Assembly (NCBI GenBank): GCA_965198115.1
Contig: OZ240241.1
Span: 6,944,001 to 7,008,000, forward strand
Direction of reading: 5' to 3'
DNA length: 64,000 bases
From: Candidatus Latescibacterota bacterium
Lineage (GTDB): Bacteria; Latescibacterota; UBA2968
Under the pieces are notes generated by a model that saw nothing but the letters and a program-made list of their open reading frames with translations, made no database searches and was not told the DNA's origin. Made by a program: the position numbers and the translations under genes. Shown here in pieces: positions 30,023 to 40,000 of this stretch. How positions within the stretch are numbered: position 1 is the stretch's first letter; each line of letters opens with the position of its first letter.

Positions 30023-33000
30023 TCAGTTCCCGGTGCCTCGGTCGACCCTGAGTCTTTCGATCATGTTACCAGCCTGCAGGCCGAACGCGCTGCTCGACCC
30101 AAACTTCGCCCTGATCTTTTCGAGTTCGGCGATGGCCTCGTTCGGGCGTCCCTGGGCCTCGAACGAGCGGGCACGACCCATGTGTGCGGTGGCGATCCAG
30201 TTCGTACTGCCCTGGTGGTTGTAGACGAGTTTCAGATACTCGCGGAGGGCGCCGTCGAGGTCCCCCATCAATCGATACGATTCGGCGATGATGTTTTGGG
30301 CAATCGACCAATCGTCGCCGGACAGATCCTTCAGCACGGGGGTCAGCTCGCCGATGGCTTGAGCGTGAGCGCCTTTCTCCTTGAGTAGATCGCCGATCTG
30401 GATCCGAGCCTCTCTGGCGAGTGGGTGAGACGGATAGGACTCGACGAGATCTCTGGCGTAGCCGACGGCCGAGTTATACAGACGAAGATTCCGGTGCGTT
30501 TTGTAGAGCTTTTCGAAAATCTCCGGCCGTCGATCGTGGGACAGCCCGTTGTTCAGCGCGTTGAGATACGCACGCGAGGCCCCGGCATAGTCTTCGTCTT
30601 TGCTGTAGATGGCCGCAAGCTCAAGGTTGGCCGACGACCAATGTGGACTGCGGTCGTGATTTTTGACGAATCGAACGAGCGCGGCGAAATGAGCCTCGGG
30701 GTCGTCGCCCCTGCTCAAAGCTTCGATGAGGTAGTATTCGGCGTCACCAACCGCTTCTGTCCCGGTGTAGTCCTTGGTGACCTTCGTGAGAATCTTTTGC
30801 GCGTTTTTGGGGCGATTCGCGCGGAGGTTGAAGCGACCCTCCTCGATCTTGAAACGAGCGGCCCACTCCCTGGCGCTCTTGTGCCGCTTGGCGAAGGCTT
30901 TACGTTCTTTGTTGGCGGCTTTGATCCGATCGAGTCTATACAACGAGATCACACGGTTGCCCTGACCGTCGATGTCGAGCGCCGATTCTGGAATCCGGTT
31001 GTAAGCCGACCACGCCCTGTCGTAGTGCCCCGCATCGAATTGGAGATCCGCAACCGCCCGTGTTGCGCTGGCGGCGAGTTTGCTTTTCGCGTGCGTGGCG
31101 GCGAATCGATCGAAAGCCGCGATGGCTTCGGTCGGGCGACCCATTTCTGCGAGCAGGCTCGCACGATCAAATGCCACGCTGTCGACGGCGGCGTGACGCA
31201 TGAATTTTCGCTCGAAGTCGAGGTAGACTGAGAGCGCGCGATCGTGGTTGCTCGCCCTCCGGTGAGACGCCGCTAGGCGTCGCCAAACCTCGGCGCCCGG
31301 ATTCCGGGATAGGAGTTGCTCGTCGATTTCGATCGCTTTGTCGAAGCGTTCCTGCCTGTAGTAACATTCCGCCAGCAAGACACGTACGGATTTGTCCAGA
31401 GCCAGGGAGCTGGGTGCCTCGAGCAGTTGTGCAAACTCGTCCGTGGCCGAGCGTACGAACCCCCGTTCTAGAAGGATCACGCCGAGTTGGAATCGCACCT
31501 GACTCGCGAGATCGCTGCCCGGGTAGGCGAAGGGGAAGTCCCGGAGGACGTTTTCGGCCTCGGCATACTCACGCTGCCGAGCAAGGCACCGTCCCACGCC
31601 GTAGGTGGCGCGTTCGGAGGCCGTGCTCCCCGGGTACCGACCGATGACGGTCCGGTAGAGGGTGAGCGCTCTCTTCGTCTGATCATCCGACCCCATTGCA
31701 TAGTGGGCGTCCGCGCGTCGGAGAAGCATGTAGGGACGCTGGTCGGAGTTCGGGTAGGTCTTCCCTAACCGTTCGTATGCGGAAAGAAGCGATGCCGCCG
31801 TGGACGTATCGGTCAAACCAGCAACGTGATCGAGCTCGACGAGTCGAATGGCCGCATCGTCCGCTTTGTCGTCGCCAGGTTCGCTCTTCAAGACTTCGTT
31901 GTATGCTGCCCTCGCACGGTCTTCGTGCGACTCGTAGGGTGTTCCTTCCAGTCGGCTCCGGTCGAACTGTCTCTCGAAGCTACGTCCTGCCCAGTACCAG
32001 GCCTCGCTCTGCCGGCTGCTGTCGCGTCTAGCTACCGCCTCGAAGACTTCGCTCGCGAGACCGTAGTGTCGATGGTGAAACAAGTATCGACCTACTTTGT
32101 GGGCGGAAGCCACGCTGGAGCCGGCAAGGTCCGACAGCAAGAGCAGCATAGGTTCGTCTACGGGCGAGGTGGTGGCGAACGCCTGAACGAAAGTGAGTCG
32201 TTTTTCTGCCTCGTGGGCTTGATCGCCGTCCGGGAATCGTTCCAGAAAAAGCTGGTATTCACGTGTGGCTGCTTCTCGCCTGCCACCGCGTTCGTGTGTG
32301 AAGGCGAGAGCGAACTGAGCGCTTGCTGCGAGAGGACGGTGTTCGTGGACGACGAGTGGCTTGAGTTGAGCGACGGCGCGGTCGTACCACCCCAGATCAT
32401 CACGGTAGAGTTCACCAACGGCCAGCCGGATTCGGCTCCGGACTATTGAAGGGTCGTTCTGCTCGAGTCCATCTTCGTAGGCGGCCAGTGCCTTCCGTGC
32501 GTCTCCCACCTTCCGCCAAACGTTGCCCAGATCCAGGTAGGATTCGTGCGATAGTAGGTGGTCTGGAAACTGATCCTGAAGAAGCGAAAAGGCCTCGGTG
32601 GCTTCACGGTATCGTTTCTGATCGGCAAACGCGCGGCCCAGGCCCAGACGGGCTTCGGCCAGGAACGGACTCTTCGGATAGGCCCTCAGAAATTCGGCGT
32701 AGAGCGGAAGGGCGTCACCCCCCGACTTCCGCATTGACTCGGCCAGGCCGAGCACCGCGCGCTGACGGCGCTCGTTCCTTGGGAGGGCACGCCTGGCCTG
32801 CTGGTAGATTTCGACAGCACGTTTCCATCGCTCGTGCTCGGTGAACCACGCCGCCGTGACCAGGTAGGATTGTTCAGCCGCACGGCTTTTCGGGAACCGC
32901 CTTCGCAGATCGGCGAACACGACCTCTGCACGCTCGAGGTCCCCATCGCCCAGCGCCACCCGACCGATTTCGAGCCGCGCATCGGATTCTCGTTCGGAGG

Positions 33001-33586
33001 ATTCGATGGATTCGAAACGGGCAAGCGCTTCCTGCGTACGACCGGCACGGAGGAGAACAAGACCGAGCGCGTAGCTCGCTTCGCTGACGAGCGGCGAGCT
33101 TGCGTGGCGAGTGATGAGCTCCTTGAAGGCCGACTCGGCCTCCGTCGTCATTTTTGCGCGGTTGTAGTTTATCCCTGCGGACAGCAGATCCTGAGCGGCG
33201 TACTCTCCCGCTTGAAACCTGTTGTGAAGCTCTTGGAAGGCCGCCCCCGCACGAGCGTGCTCACCCGATCGTTCTAGGGATCTGGCCCGGTTCCGCATGG
33301 CTCCAGCAACCTCGAGGTGTTCGGGATGGCGATCGATGAACGATTCGAAAGCTTCGACCGCGGACACCCACTCCTGGGCGAGGTAGTGAGCATCGGCAAG
33401 CCGGAACCGAGCCTGTGCGATTCTCTCGCTGGTGGGGTAGTTGAGGATGAAGCGTCGGAATTCCTGGGCGGCCGTGCTATACAGTTCGTCCGAAAAGAGG
33501 CGCTGAGCGTATTCAAAAGCCTCCCGCTCATCCTGCAGGGCCTGAGCGAAGACGAGTGATTTGGGACCGGCCAGGAGAACGGCCAA
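30023..33586 (-). CDS. Large tetratricopeptide-repeat (BamD/CpoB-like repeats) exported protein
   Basis: Many A..F..F...YP.S....A...LG repeats; N-terminus probably extends to 33624 across a 1-nt indel. Confidence 0.85.
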   Translation of the reverse strand: MAVLLAGPKSLVFAQALQDEREAFEYAQRLFSDELYSTAAQEFRRFILNYPTSERIAQARFRLADAHYLAQEWVSAVEAFESFIDRHPEHLEVAGAMRNRARSLERSGEHARAGAAFQELHNRFQAGEYAAQDLLSAGINYNRAKMTTEAESAFKELITRHASSPLVSEASYALGLVLLRAGRTQEALARFESIESSERESDARLEIGRVALGDGDLERAEVVFADLRRRFPKSRAAEQSYLVTAAWFTEHERWKRAVEIYQQARRALPRNERRQRAVLGLAESMRKSGGDALPLYAEFLRAYPKSPFLAEARLGLGRAFADQKRYREATEAFSLLQDQFPDHLLSHESYLDLGNVWRKVGDARKALAAYEDGLEQNDPSIVRSRIRLAVGELYRDDLGWYDRAVAQLKPLVVHEHRPLAASAQFALAFTHERGGRREAATREYQLFLERFPDGDQAHEAEKRLTFVQAFATTSPVDEPMLLLLSDLAGSSVASAHKVGRYLFHHRHYGLASEVFEAVARRDSSRQSEAWYWAGRSFERQFDRSRLEGTPYESHEDRARAAYNEVLKSEPGDDKADDAAIRLVELDHVAGLTDTSTAASLLSAYERLGKTYPNSDQRPYMLLRRADAHYAMGSDDQTKRALTLYRTVIGRYPGSTASERATYGVGRCLARQREYAEAENVLRDFPFAYPGSDLASQVRFQLGVILLERGFVRSATDEFAQLLEAPSSLALDKSVRVLLAECYYRQERFDKAIEIDEQLLSRNPGAEVWRRLAASHRRASNHDRALSVYLDFERKFMRHAAVDSVAFDRASLLAEMGRPTEAIAAFDRFAATHAKSKLAASATRAVADLQFDAGHYDRAWSAYNRIPESALDIDGQGNRVISLYRLDRIKAANKERKAFAKRHKSAREWAARFKIEEGRFNLRANRPKNAQKILTKVTKDYTGTEAVGDAEYYLIEALSRGDDPEAHFAALVRFVKNHDRSPHWSSANLELAAIYSKDEDYAGASRAYLNALNNGLSHDRRPEIFEKLYKTHRNLRLYNSAVGYARDLVESYPSHPLAREARIQIGDLLKEKGAHAQAIGELTPVLKDLSGDDWSIAQNIIAESYRLMGDLDGALREYLKLVYNHQGSTNWIATAHMGRARSFEAQGRPNEAIAELEKIRAKFGSSSAFGLQAGNMIERLRVDRGTGN

Positions 33587-33751
33587 AATGGCCGAAAAAT
33601 GAATGAGACGATGTAGGATGACAACCTACCTCGGGGCAGCACTGCCTTGTTTAAGTTAGGGCTGTGAGCGAATTTAAAGTATATTTCGATGCCAGTCAAT
33701 TCGAATGCCAACCCCCATATGCGAGTGGTCACGATCTGCAACTTTGGCAGT

Positions 33752-34639
33752 ATGGATTCGGTTACTCTATCATCATATGCAAAACTCAACCTCGGCTTGA
33801 AGATAACGGGACCCCGCCGGGACGGATATCACAATATCCGATCTCTTTTTCAAGAGGTTGACCTCGCAGACACGCTCTCCTTCGAGTGTTTGGACGAAGA
33901 TAGGGTGGAAATCGCGTGCCCCACCCCGGGCGTGCCCACGGACGGACGAAATCTGACTTCTCGTGCCGCAAAACTGCTCAAAATCGAATTCAAAGTCACA
34001 CACGGGGTTCGCATCGGAATTCAAAAGCGAATCCCAGTCGGTGGTGGTATGGGAGGGGGAAGCGCAAACGCCGCCACCACGCTCATTGCCCTACAGCGTC
34101 TGTGGGGGTTGAGGGTCGACGATCGGCATCTACAAGCGATGGCCCTGTCCCTTGGCTCCGATGTCCCCTTCTTCCTGACCGGGGGGGCGTCACTCGTTTC
34201 GGGGCGTGGGGAGCGCATCGAGCCTGTCGCTGGGATCGCGGAAGTCAGCTTCGTAGCGGTCGATCCGGGATTTTCAGTCAGCACGTCGTGGGCCTTTGCA
34301 AATGTGGAATTCGCCTTGACAGAAGGTACCCGTTATATTAGTTTCTTGAATTCTGTGAAGGCCTCTGGTCGCGTCGACGCACAGGGGCTGTTTCGCTGCT
34401 CAACAAACGACTTTTTGCCCGTCGTTTTAGCAAAATTTCCCGCCGCAAAGGCCGTTATCCGGCAGCTGGCTGAGGCGGGATCTTTGTATTCTGACGTGAC
34501 GGGTAGCGGGTCGGTCTTCTTCGGCTGTTTTCGAGATCCGGATGCAGCGGTGTCCGCCGCCAGCCGACTACGGTCAGCCGGGTATCGTGCCTGGCCGTGC
34601 CAACCCCGATCCCTCGTTGGGTGCTGCCGGGTCGTCTAA
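33752..34639 (+). CDS. ispE: 4-diphosphocytidyl-2-C-methyl-D-erythritol kinase
   Basis: AKLNLGLKI, DGYHNI, KRIPVGGGMGGGS, LGSDVPFF, GRGE, TGSGS. Confidence 0.93.
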   Translation: MDSVTLSSYAKLNLGLKITGPRRDGYHNIRSLFQEVDLADTLSFECLDEDRVEIACPTPGVPTDGRNLTSRAAKLLKIEFKVTHGVRIGIQKRIPVGGGMGGGSANAATTLIALQRLWGLRVDDRHLQAMALSLGSDVPFFLTGGASLVSGRGERIEPVAGIAEVSFVAVDPGFSVSTSWAFANVEFALTEGTRYISFLNSVKASGRVDAQGLFRCSTNDFLPVVLAKFPAAKAVIRQLAEAGSLYSDVTGSGSVFFGCFRDPDAAVSAASRLRSAGYRAWPCQPRSLVGCCRVV

Positions 34640-34698
34640 GGGTAAGACAGCGGCCTTTGGAGCCGCTTATCGGGGTTCGAATCCCTGCCCGGCAGCCA
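34625..34698 (+). tRNA. tRNA-Gln(TTG)
   Basis: Acceptor TGCCGGG/CCCGGCA, anticodon arm GCGGC-CTTTGGA-GCCGC, GGTTCGAATCC T-loop, encoded CCA. Confidence 0.95.
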
Positions 34699-34745
34699 CT
34701 CTTCCGTCGTGAGGCCCGTGCACCGGGCAAAAAGGGAGTGTCGCG

Positions 34746-35429
34746 ATGTCTGAAACCGCCGTCCTTCAGGCTGCAGAACGCACAGAAGCCGGGAAGGGCT
34801 ACTCGAAGCGTCTTCGAGGGAGTGGTCGTATTCCGGCTGTCGTGTACGGGCCGGAGATCCAGCCGGCCAACTGCTCTATCGACCAGCGTGATTTTCATTC
34901 GATTGTGAGTGAGCACGGCCGCAATGCGATCATTACCCTCCAGATTGCCGGGAGCCAGAACGGTTCCCATTCGACCATTATCAAGGAGGTGCAGCACAAT
35001 CCTCTTTCAGGTCAGGTGCTCCACGTCGACTTCCATCGCATTTCGCTTACCGAGCGTATCGTCGTAGAAGTGCCTGTCATCAGCGAGGGTACCCCGCTGG
35101 GCGTTAGAAACGACGGCGGCATCCTGGAGCAATTGCTGCACGAGATCGAGGTGGAATGTCTCCCGACAGAAATTCCCGATGCCGTTTCGTTCGATGTTTC
35201 TGACCTCGTGATTGGGGACAGTGTTCACATCTCCGATCTTTCTCCCCCCCCGGGCAATGCGGAGTTTGTGACCGACGGCGATCGATCGGTGTTCGTGCTC
35301 GTCCCACCGACCGTCCGTCAGGTGGATGAAGAAGAGGAAGAGGAACTGGTCGAAGAAGAAGAGGAGATGCAAGAGCCCGAGGTTATCGAACGCGGGAAGC
35401 GGGATGACGAAGAGGAGGAAGACGAATAG
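34746..35429 (+). CDS. rplY: 50S ribosomal protein L25/general stress protein Ctc
   Basis: GRIPAVVYG, LHVDF, GGIL, CLPTEIPD, EPEVI acidic tail. Confidence 0.95.
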   Translation: MSETAVLQAAERTEAGKGYSKRLRGSGRIPAVVYGPEIQPANCSIDQRDFHSIVSEHGRNAIITLQIAGSQNGSHSTIIKEVQHNPLSGQVLHVDFHRISLTERIVVEVPVISEGTPLGVRNDGGILEQLLHEIEVECLPTEIPDAVSFDVSDLVIGDSVHISDLSPPPGNAEFVTDGDRSVFVLVPPTVRQVDEEEEEELVEEEEEMQEPEVIERGKRDDEEEEDE

Positions 35430-35449
35430 CGCGGTCGGCCTGGCGTATC

Positions 35450-36034
35450 GTGGTCGGAATCGGCAACCCAGGACGGCGATACAGTCATACGCGCCACAAT
35501 GTCGGATTCGAGGTAATCGATCGGTTGTCAGAAATCGGATCGCGGACGGCTTCGGTTACCTACGTTGCATCCGTTCGTCGGTTTTCGTGGTGCAAACTGG
35601 TCGCAGCCAAACCGACGACGTTCGTGAACGACACGGGGGATGCCGTCGTCGATCTGCTGAACCGATTCGGGGTAGGACTTAAGGAGATTTTGGTCGTCGT
35701 CGACGATGTGCATCTCGACGTGGGTCGTCTCAGGCTGCGACGAAGCGGGTCCGATGGCGGCCACAACGGTCTTAAATCCATCATCGCGTCGACAGGTAGC
35801 CGGGAGTTCGCCCGCCTGAGGTTCGGCGTCGGACCAGCCCCTACCGGTGGAACGATGATCGAGCACGTGCTTGGGCCCTTCGCTTCCGAAGAAGATCGAG
35901 TTCTGGTGGAAAGAGCGACCTCACGCGCGGCCACAGCCGCCATCGGGTGGTCGCGGGATGGAATTGAAAGGACAATGAATCTGGTGAACAGCATCGACGA
36001 CGCCCAGCCAGGCCAGTTTGGGGACAGGGCGTAA
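35450..36034 (+). CDS. pth: Peptidyl-tRNA hydrolase
   Basis: GIGNPG, TRHNVGF, KPTTFVN, GSDGGHNGLKSI; start uncertain. Confidence 0.93.
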   Translation: MVGIGNPGRRYSHTRHNVGFEVIDRLSEIGSRTASVTYVASVRRFSWCKLVAAKPTTFVNDTGDAVVDLLNRFGVGLKEILVVVDDVHLDVGRLRLRRSGSDGGHNGLKSIIASTGSREFARLRFGVGPAPTGGTMIEHVLGPFASEEDRVLVERATSRAATAAIGWSRDGIERTMNLVNSIDDAQPGQFGDRA

Positions 36035-36154
36035 ATGATGGGTCCCTCAGTGGGGAATATTCGGCCTCGCATTCGCGGGGCTTATCTCTGGATAGATAGC
36101 GTGTCCCACAACAGGTCTCCAGTCGAGGCCTGAGAAGGAGGTTCGCCGCACACA

Positions 36155-38437
36155 ATGGAAGGTCACATTGAGCTACCCCCGCTAGGGCAATCCGAACTCA
36201 CGTTGCTATGGGCGGTTCTCGCCTCTGCTTTTGTGGCCCTGGCATATGGGTGGTATCTGGTTCGCAAAGTACTGAGAGAAGACCCGGGCACTCCCAAAAT
36301 GCAAGAGATCGCCCTCGCAATCGAGGAAGGGGCAATGGCTTATCTGGGCCGTCAGGTGAGGACGATGATCTGGTTCGTCATTCTCATTACGATCGGCCTT
36401 TATTTGATGTATCAAAGCCTTCCTGACCAATATCCCCATCCGTTGCCGATCGGTGTGGCCGTGGCCTTCCTGATGGGGGTCATGGCCTCGTATGGCGCCG
36501 GCTATGTGGGCATGTGGCTCGCGGTAAAAGCGAATCTTCGAGCGGCAAACGCGGCGCTCAAGGGTTTTAAGCCGGCCCTGGAACTGGCCTTCCGAGCAGG
36601 AACCGTGTCGGGCATGTTCACGGTGGGATTCGGCCTCCTCGGCGCCGTGCTGATTTTCATGATTTTCCGAGAAGAGGCCATGAAAGTACTCGTCGGCTTC
36701 GGCTTTGGTGGGTCGCTGGCCGCTCTCTTTATGCGGGTGGGCGGAGGGATCTTCACGAAAGCGGCCGACATCGGCGCCGACCTGGTTGGCAAGGTCGAGC
36801 AAAACATCCCGGAGGACGATCCACGCAACGCTGCGGTGATTGCCGACAACGTTGGTGACAATGTGGGCGACTGCGCGGGTATGGCCGCCGATGTTTTCGA
36901 GTCTTACGAGGTCACACTCGTCGCGGCGATCATTCTTGCTGCGGTGCTGACAGTCGCTCCCGATTTCAGGGAGATCTATGGCGACGCGTCTTCTGCCTTC
37001 GCGTTGAAACTGATCATTTTTCCCCTGCTCATCAGGGCGCTCGGGGTGTTCTCCTCGATCATCGGTACGTGGGCGGTCCGGGCCAAAGAGGAGTCGCTTG
37101 CGGACCCGATGCGGCCGATCAGCATCGGCTACTGGACAGCTTCCCTGGTATCAGTCGTCGGGTTCGCGATCATCAACTACTGGTACGTGCTCGATCCGAT
37201 TACGGGCCAACCCGATTTCCGATTCTTCTGGGCGACGACGATGGGGATCGTGCTCGCGCTCGTGACTCTCTGGTTGACGAACCACTTTACGCATCCTGAT
37301 CTCAAACCGACGACGGAAACGGCCGTTGCTTCGAGGACCGGGCCGGCAACTTTGCTGCTGGCCGGCATGGCCGAGGGCCTGGAGTCCACGGTTTGGGCGG
37401 CTTTAACGATCGGGCTGACGATCATTTCGTCCCTCATCATCTTTCCCGATAGCCCTGCTCTGGCAGCGTATGGAATCGCGTTGACGGGCCTTGGATTGTT
37501 GACTACGACAGGCTTCATTCTCGCCATGGATACCTACGGTCCGATTACTGACAATGCCCACGGCATCTTCGAGTACTCGGGTATAACCGAAGAGCACGAG
37601 GCCAGTCGCAACCTCGCGTGGATGGATGCGATCGGAAACACGACAAAAGCATTGACGAAGGGGCTTGCGATCGCGACGGCTGTGATCGCAGCAATCTCAC
37701 TCTTTACTTCATTCATCGATGCAACGGGGCTTGTCCAGACCGGTATCCAGGTCAACCTGCCCGAAGTCTTTGTCGGGCTTCTGATCGGGGGCGCGGTTCC
37801 GTTCCTGTTTTCTTCGTTCGCCATCAAGGCGGTCGGTCGCGCCGCCTTCCTGGTCGTCGAGGAGGTCCGCCGTCAGTTCAGAGAACATCCCGGGATCATG
37901 ACTGGGGATGAAAAGCCGGAGTACGCAAACTGTGTTTCGATCGTGACCTCTGCCGCACAGAAAGAGCTGCTGGGGCCGGGCATCCTGGCGATCGCGACTC
38001 CGATCCTTGTCGGGTTCAGTCTTGGCCCCGGTGCGCTTGGAGGCTACCTGGCGGGGTCGATCCTGACCGGTCAGCTCCTAGCAGGCTTTATGTGCAACAC
38101 GGGGGCGACGTGGGACAACGCAAAGAAGAAGATCGAAGATGGATTCATGGGTGGCAAAGGGTCAGAAGCGCACATGGCCGGTATCATTGGCGACACGGTG
38201 GGGGACCCGTATAAGGACACAGCCGGCCCTGCGTTCAACCCGTTGATCAAGGTGATGAATTTGGTCGGTCTGCTTGTGGCTCCATTCATAGTTCACGTGA
38301 GTCTTCACGAGATATCGATCAGTCGAATCGTGATCGTCGTGCTCTGTCTGGTGACGCTAACGATCGGTGTCATCTTCAGCAAGCGCGGCTCGCTGGTCGA
38401 CATGGGTGTCGAAGAGTCTGCCGAAGCAGCGGACTGA
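36155..38437 (+). CDS. hppA: Membrane-integral pyrophosphatase, K+-independent H+-translocating type
   Basis: GGIFTKAADIGADLVGKVE, EDDPRN, DNVGDNVGD; GNTTKA carries the Lys typical of K+-independent enzymes. Confidence 0.93.
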   Translation: MEGHIELPPLGQSELTLLWAVLASAFVALAYGWYLVRKVLREDPGTPKMQEIALAIEEGAMAYLGRQVRTMIWFVILITIGLYLMYQSLPDQYPHPLPIGVAVAFLMGVMASYGAGYVGMWLAVKANLRAANAALKGFKPALELAFRAGTVSGMFTVGFGLLGAVLIFMIFREEAMKVLVGFGFGGSLAALFMRVGGGIFTKAADIGADLVGKVEQNIPEDDPRNAAVIADNVGDNVGDCAGMAADVFESYEVTLVAAIILAAVLTVAPDFREIYGDASSAFALKLIIFPLLIRALGVFSSIIGTWAVRAKEESLADPMRPISIGYWTASLVSVVGFAIINYWYVLDPITGQPDFRFFWATTMGIVLALVTLWLTNHFTHPDLKPTTETAVASRTGPATLLLAGMAEGLESTVWAALTIGLTIISSLIIFPDSPALAAYGIALTGLGLLTTTGFILAMDTYGPITDNAHGIFEYSGITEEHEASRNLAWMDAIGNTTKALTKGLAIATAVIAAISLFTSFIDATGLVQTGIQVNLPEVFVGLLIGGAVPFLFSSFAIKAVGRAAFLVVEEVRRQFREHPGIMTGDEKPEYANCVSIVTSAAQKELLGPGILAIATPILVGFSLGPGALGGYLAGSILTGQLLAGFMCNTGATWDNAKKKIEDGFMGGKGSEAHMAGIIGDTVGDPYKDTAGPAFNPLIKVMNLVGLLVAPFIVHVSLHEISISRIVIVVLCLVTLTIGVIFSKRGSLVDMGVEESAEAAD

Positions 38438-38491
38438 TCCAACTTTCCCGCCCGGTTTCGTGCCGGGCCGTCAAGTCCAAGGGGAGGCAAA

Positions 38492-38848
38492 GTGGCTCGA
38501 GACTATGAGTTGACGATGATCGTCGATTCGCAGCTCGGTGACGAAGGTGTGACTCAGACGGTCGAGCAATACAAGACCTACCTGGCCGAACACGACGTTA
38601 CCGAGGTCGGCGTAGATCGACGGGGCGTGCGGAAGCTCGCCTACGAAATCAAGAAGCACGCACAAGCGGACTTCACTTTTATGCAGTTCGCCGCCGAATC
38701 CGATGTCGTGTCGGAAATGGACCGGCAGCTTCGGCTCGACCAGAGTGTTCTGCGGCACCTCTTCGTTCGCATCGAGGGCCTCGAACTCCCGGAAGAGGAA
38801 GTCGAGGCCGAGGAAACAGTGGTCGAAACGACGGAGGAGACAGCGTGA
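38492..38848 (+). CDS. rpsF: 30S ribosomal protein S6
   Basis: [25 protein letters not shown]. Confidence 0.95.
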   Translation: MARDYELTMIVDSQLGDEGVTQTVEQYKTYLAEHDVTEVGVDRRGVRKLAYEIKKHAQADFTFMQFAAESDVVSEMDRQLRLDQSVLRHLFVRIEGLELPEEEVEAEETVVETTEETA

Positions 38849-39072
38849 ACACGAGGGGTCGTATCAAGGTCTGTCGCTTCTGCGAAGACAAAGCGCTGAA
38901 GATCGACTACAAAGATGAGCGGATGCTTCGACGTTTCGTGACAGAGCGGGGCAAGGTCATCCCCCGCAGGATGTCCGGGACTTGTGCGCGACATCAACGG
39001 AATCTCGTGACGGCGATCAAGCGTGCCAGAAACATCGCAATTCTGCCCTGTGCCGCAGAGACTGTCCGCTAA
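38845..39072 (+). CDS. rpsR: 30S ribosomal protein S18 (Zn-binding Cys type)
   Basis: [30 protein letters not shown]. Confidence 0.96.
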   Translation: MNTRGRIKVCRFCEDKALKIDYKDERMLRRFVTERGKVIPRRMSGTCARHQRNLVTAIKRARNIAILPCAAETVR

Positions 39073-39088
39073 TCACAGAGAACCGACG

Positions 39089-39532
39089 ATGAAAATCATT
39101 CTTACGCAGGATCTCGAAAACCTCGGTGCCGCAGGCGACGTCGTGGATGTCAAACCCGGATTCGCGAGGAACTTTCTTCTCCCTCGCCAGATGGGACTCG
39201 TGGCGAATAAAGGAAACCAGGCTCTGTTCGAGGAAGTCAGGAATCGGCGGAGCGCTCAGCTGGTCCGCGAGCAGCGAGAGGCAGAACAGAAGGCCGAGGC
39301 ATTGAGTAAAGCTTCGGTCAACATTGCCGTCGCGGTAGGCGATGAGGACCGGATCTTCGGATCGGTGACATCACAGCAGATTGCCGACCTGTTGAACGAG
39401 CAAGGTCTCAAGGTCGATCGTCGTACGATCCAGCTCGACGAGCCGATTCGAGCGCTGGGCGTTTACGACGTTCCGGTCAAACTTCACGCCGAGGTCGAAG
39501 CCAAAGTGAAAGTGTGGGTTGTGAAGGAGTAA
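39089..39532 (+). CDS. rplI: 50S ribosomal protein L9
   Basis: MKIILTQD, VKPGFARNFLLP, IFGSVT, VKLHAEV. Confidence 0.96.
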   Translation: MKIILTQDLENLGAAGDVVDVKPGFARNFLLPRQMGLVANKGNQALFEEVRNRRSAQLVREQREAEQKAEALSKASVNIAVAVGDEDRIFGSVTSQQIADLLNEQGLKVDRRTIQLDEPIRALGVYDVPVKLHAEVEAKVKVWVVKE

Positions 39533-39731
39533 GCGCTCCTGCGATGGCGTATACGAATGGGGCCGCGGCAACAACCGCGGGCCCATTCCACTTGTGTGTC
39601 TTGAAGAAAAGAGAAGCGTGAGTCAGGATTTTGTGTCTCCAGGGTCGAATAACGACCGACGGTCGGCCGTCGATCTTTCCTACACGGAACGATTCGAGGT
39701 TGCACAGCCGAATCGAGTCCGAGACTGAAAG

Positions 39732-39987
39732 TCAGCGTCGACGTTTGAAGACGGAGACGACGACCTCCCCCTTGATGGGATAGGAGCCAGCAAGTTCCCA
39801 TCCCTCTCTTCCAAGGCTGTTGAAGCGGCCGAGGTCGCTCCCCTTCGCGAAGATACTGGCTGTGGTTGATGACCTTGTACTCCCACCTGGCCGTATTTGC
39901 TCCCGATTGTCCGTCAATGGGAGTTTGCGCCACGAGGAGCCCGACGAGGGCGAGCCCGATGGCTAACACGAGGTATCTTCGTTTCAT
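39732..39987 (-). pseudogene. DUF4177-like small exported protein, frameshifted
   Basis: Signal peptide plus WEYKV in one frame, FNSLGREGWEL...FKRRR* in the next frame. Confidence 0.6.
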
Positions 39988-40000
39988 CGATCCTTCCTTC

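Noticed and set aside
39555-39588. Hairpin after rplI as an intrinsic terminator
   Set aside because: Good stem but no U-tract on either strand; function unclear
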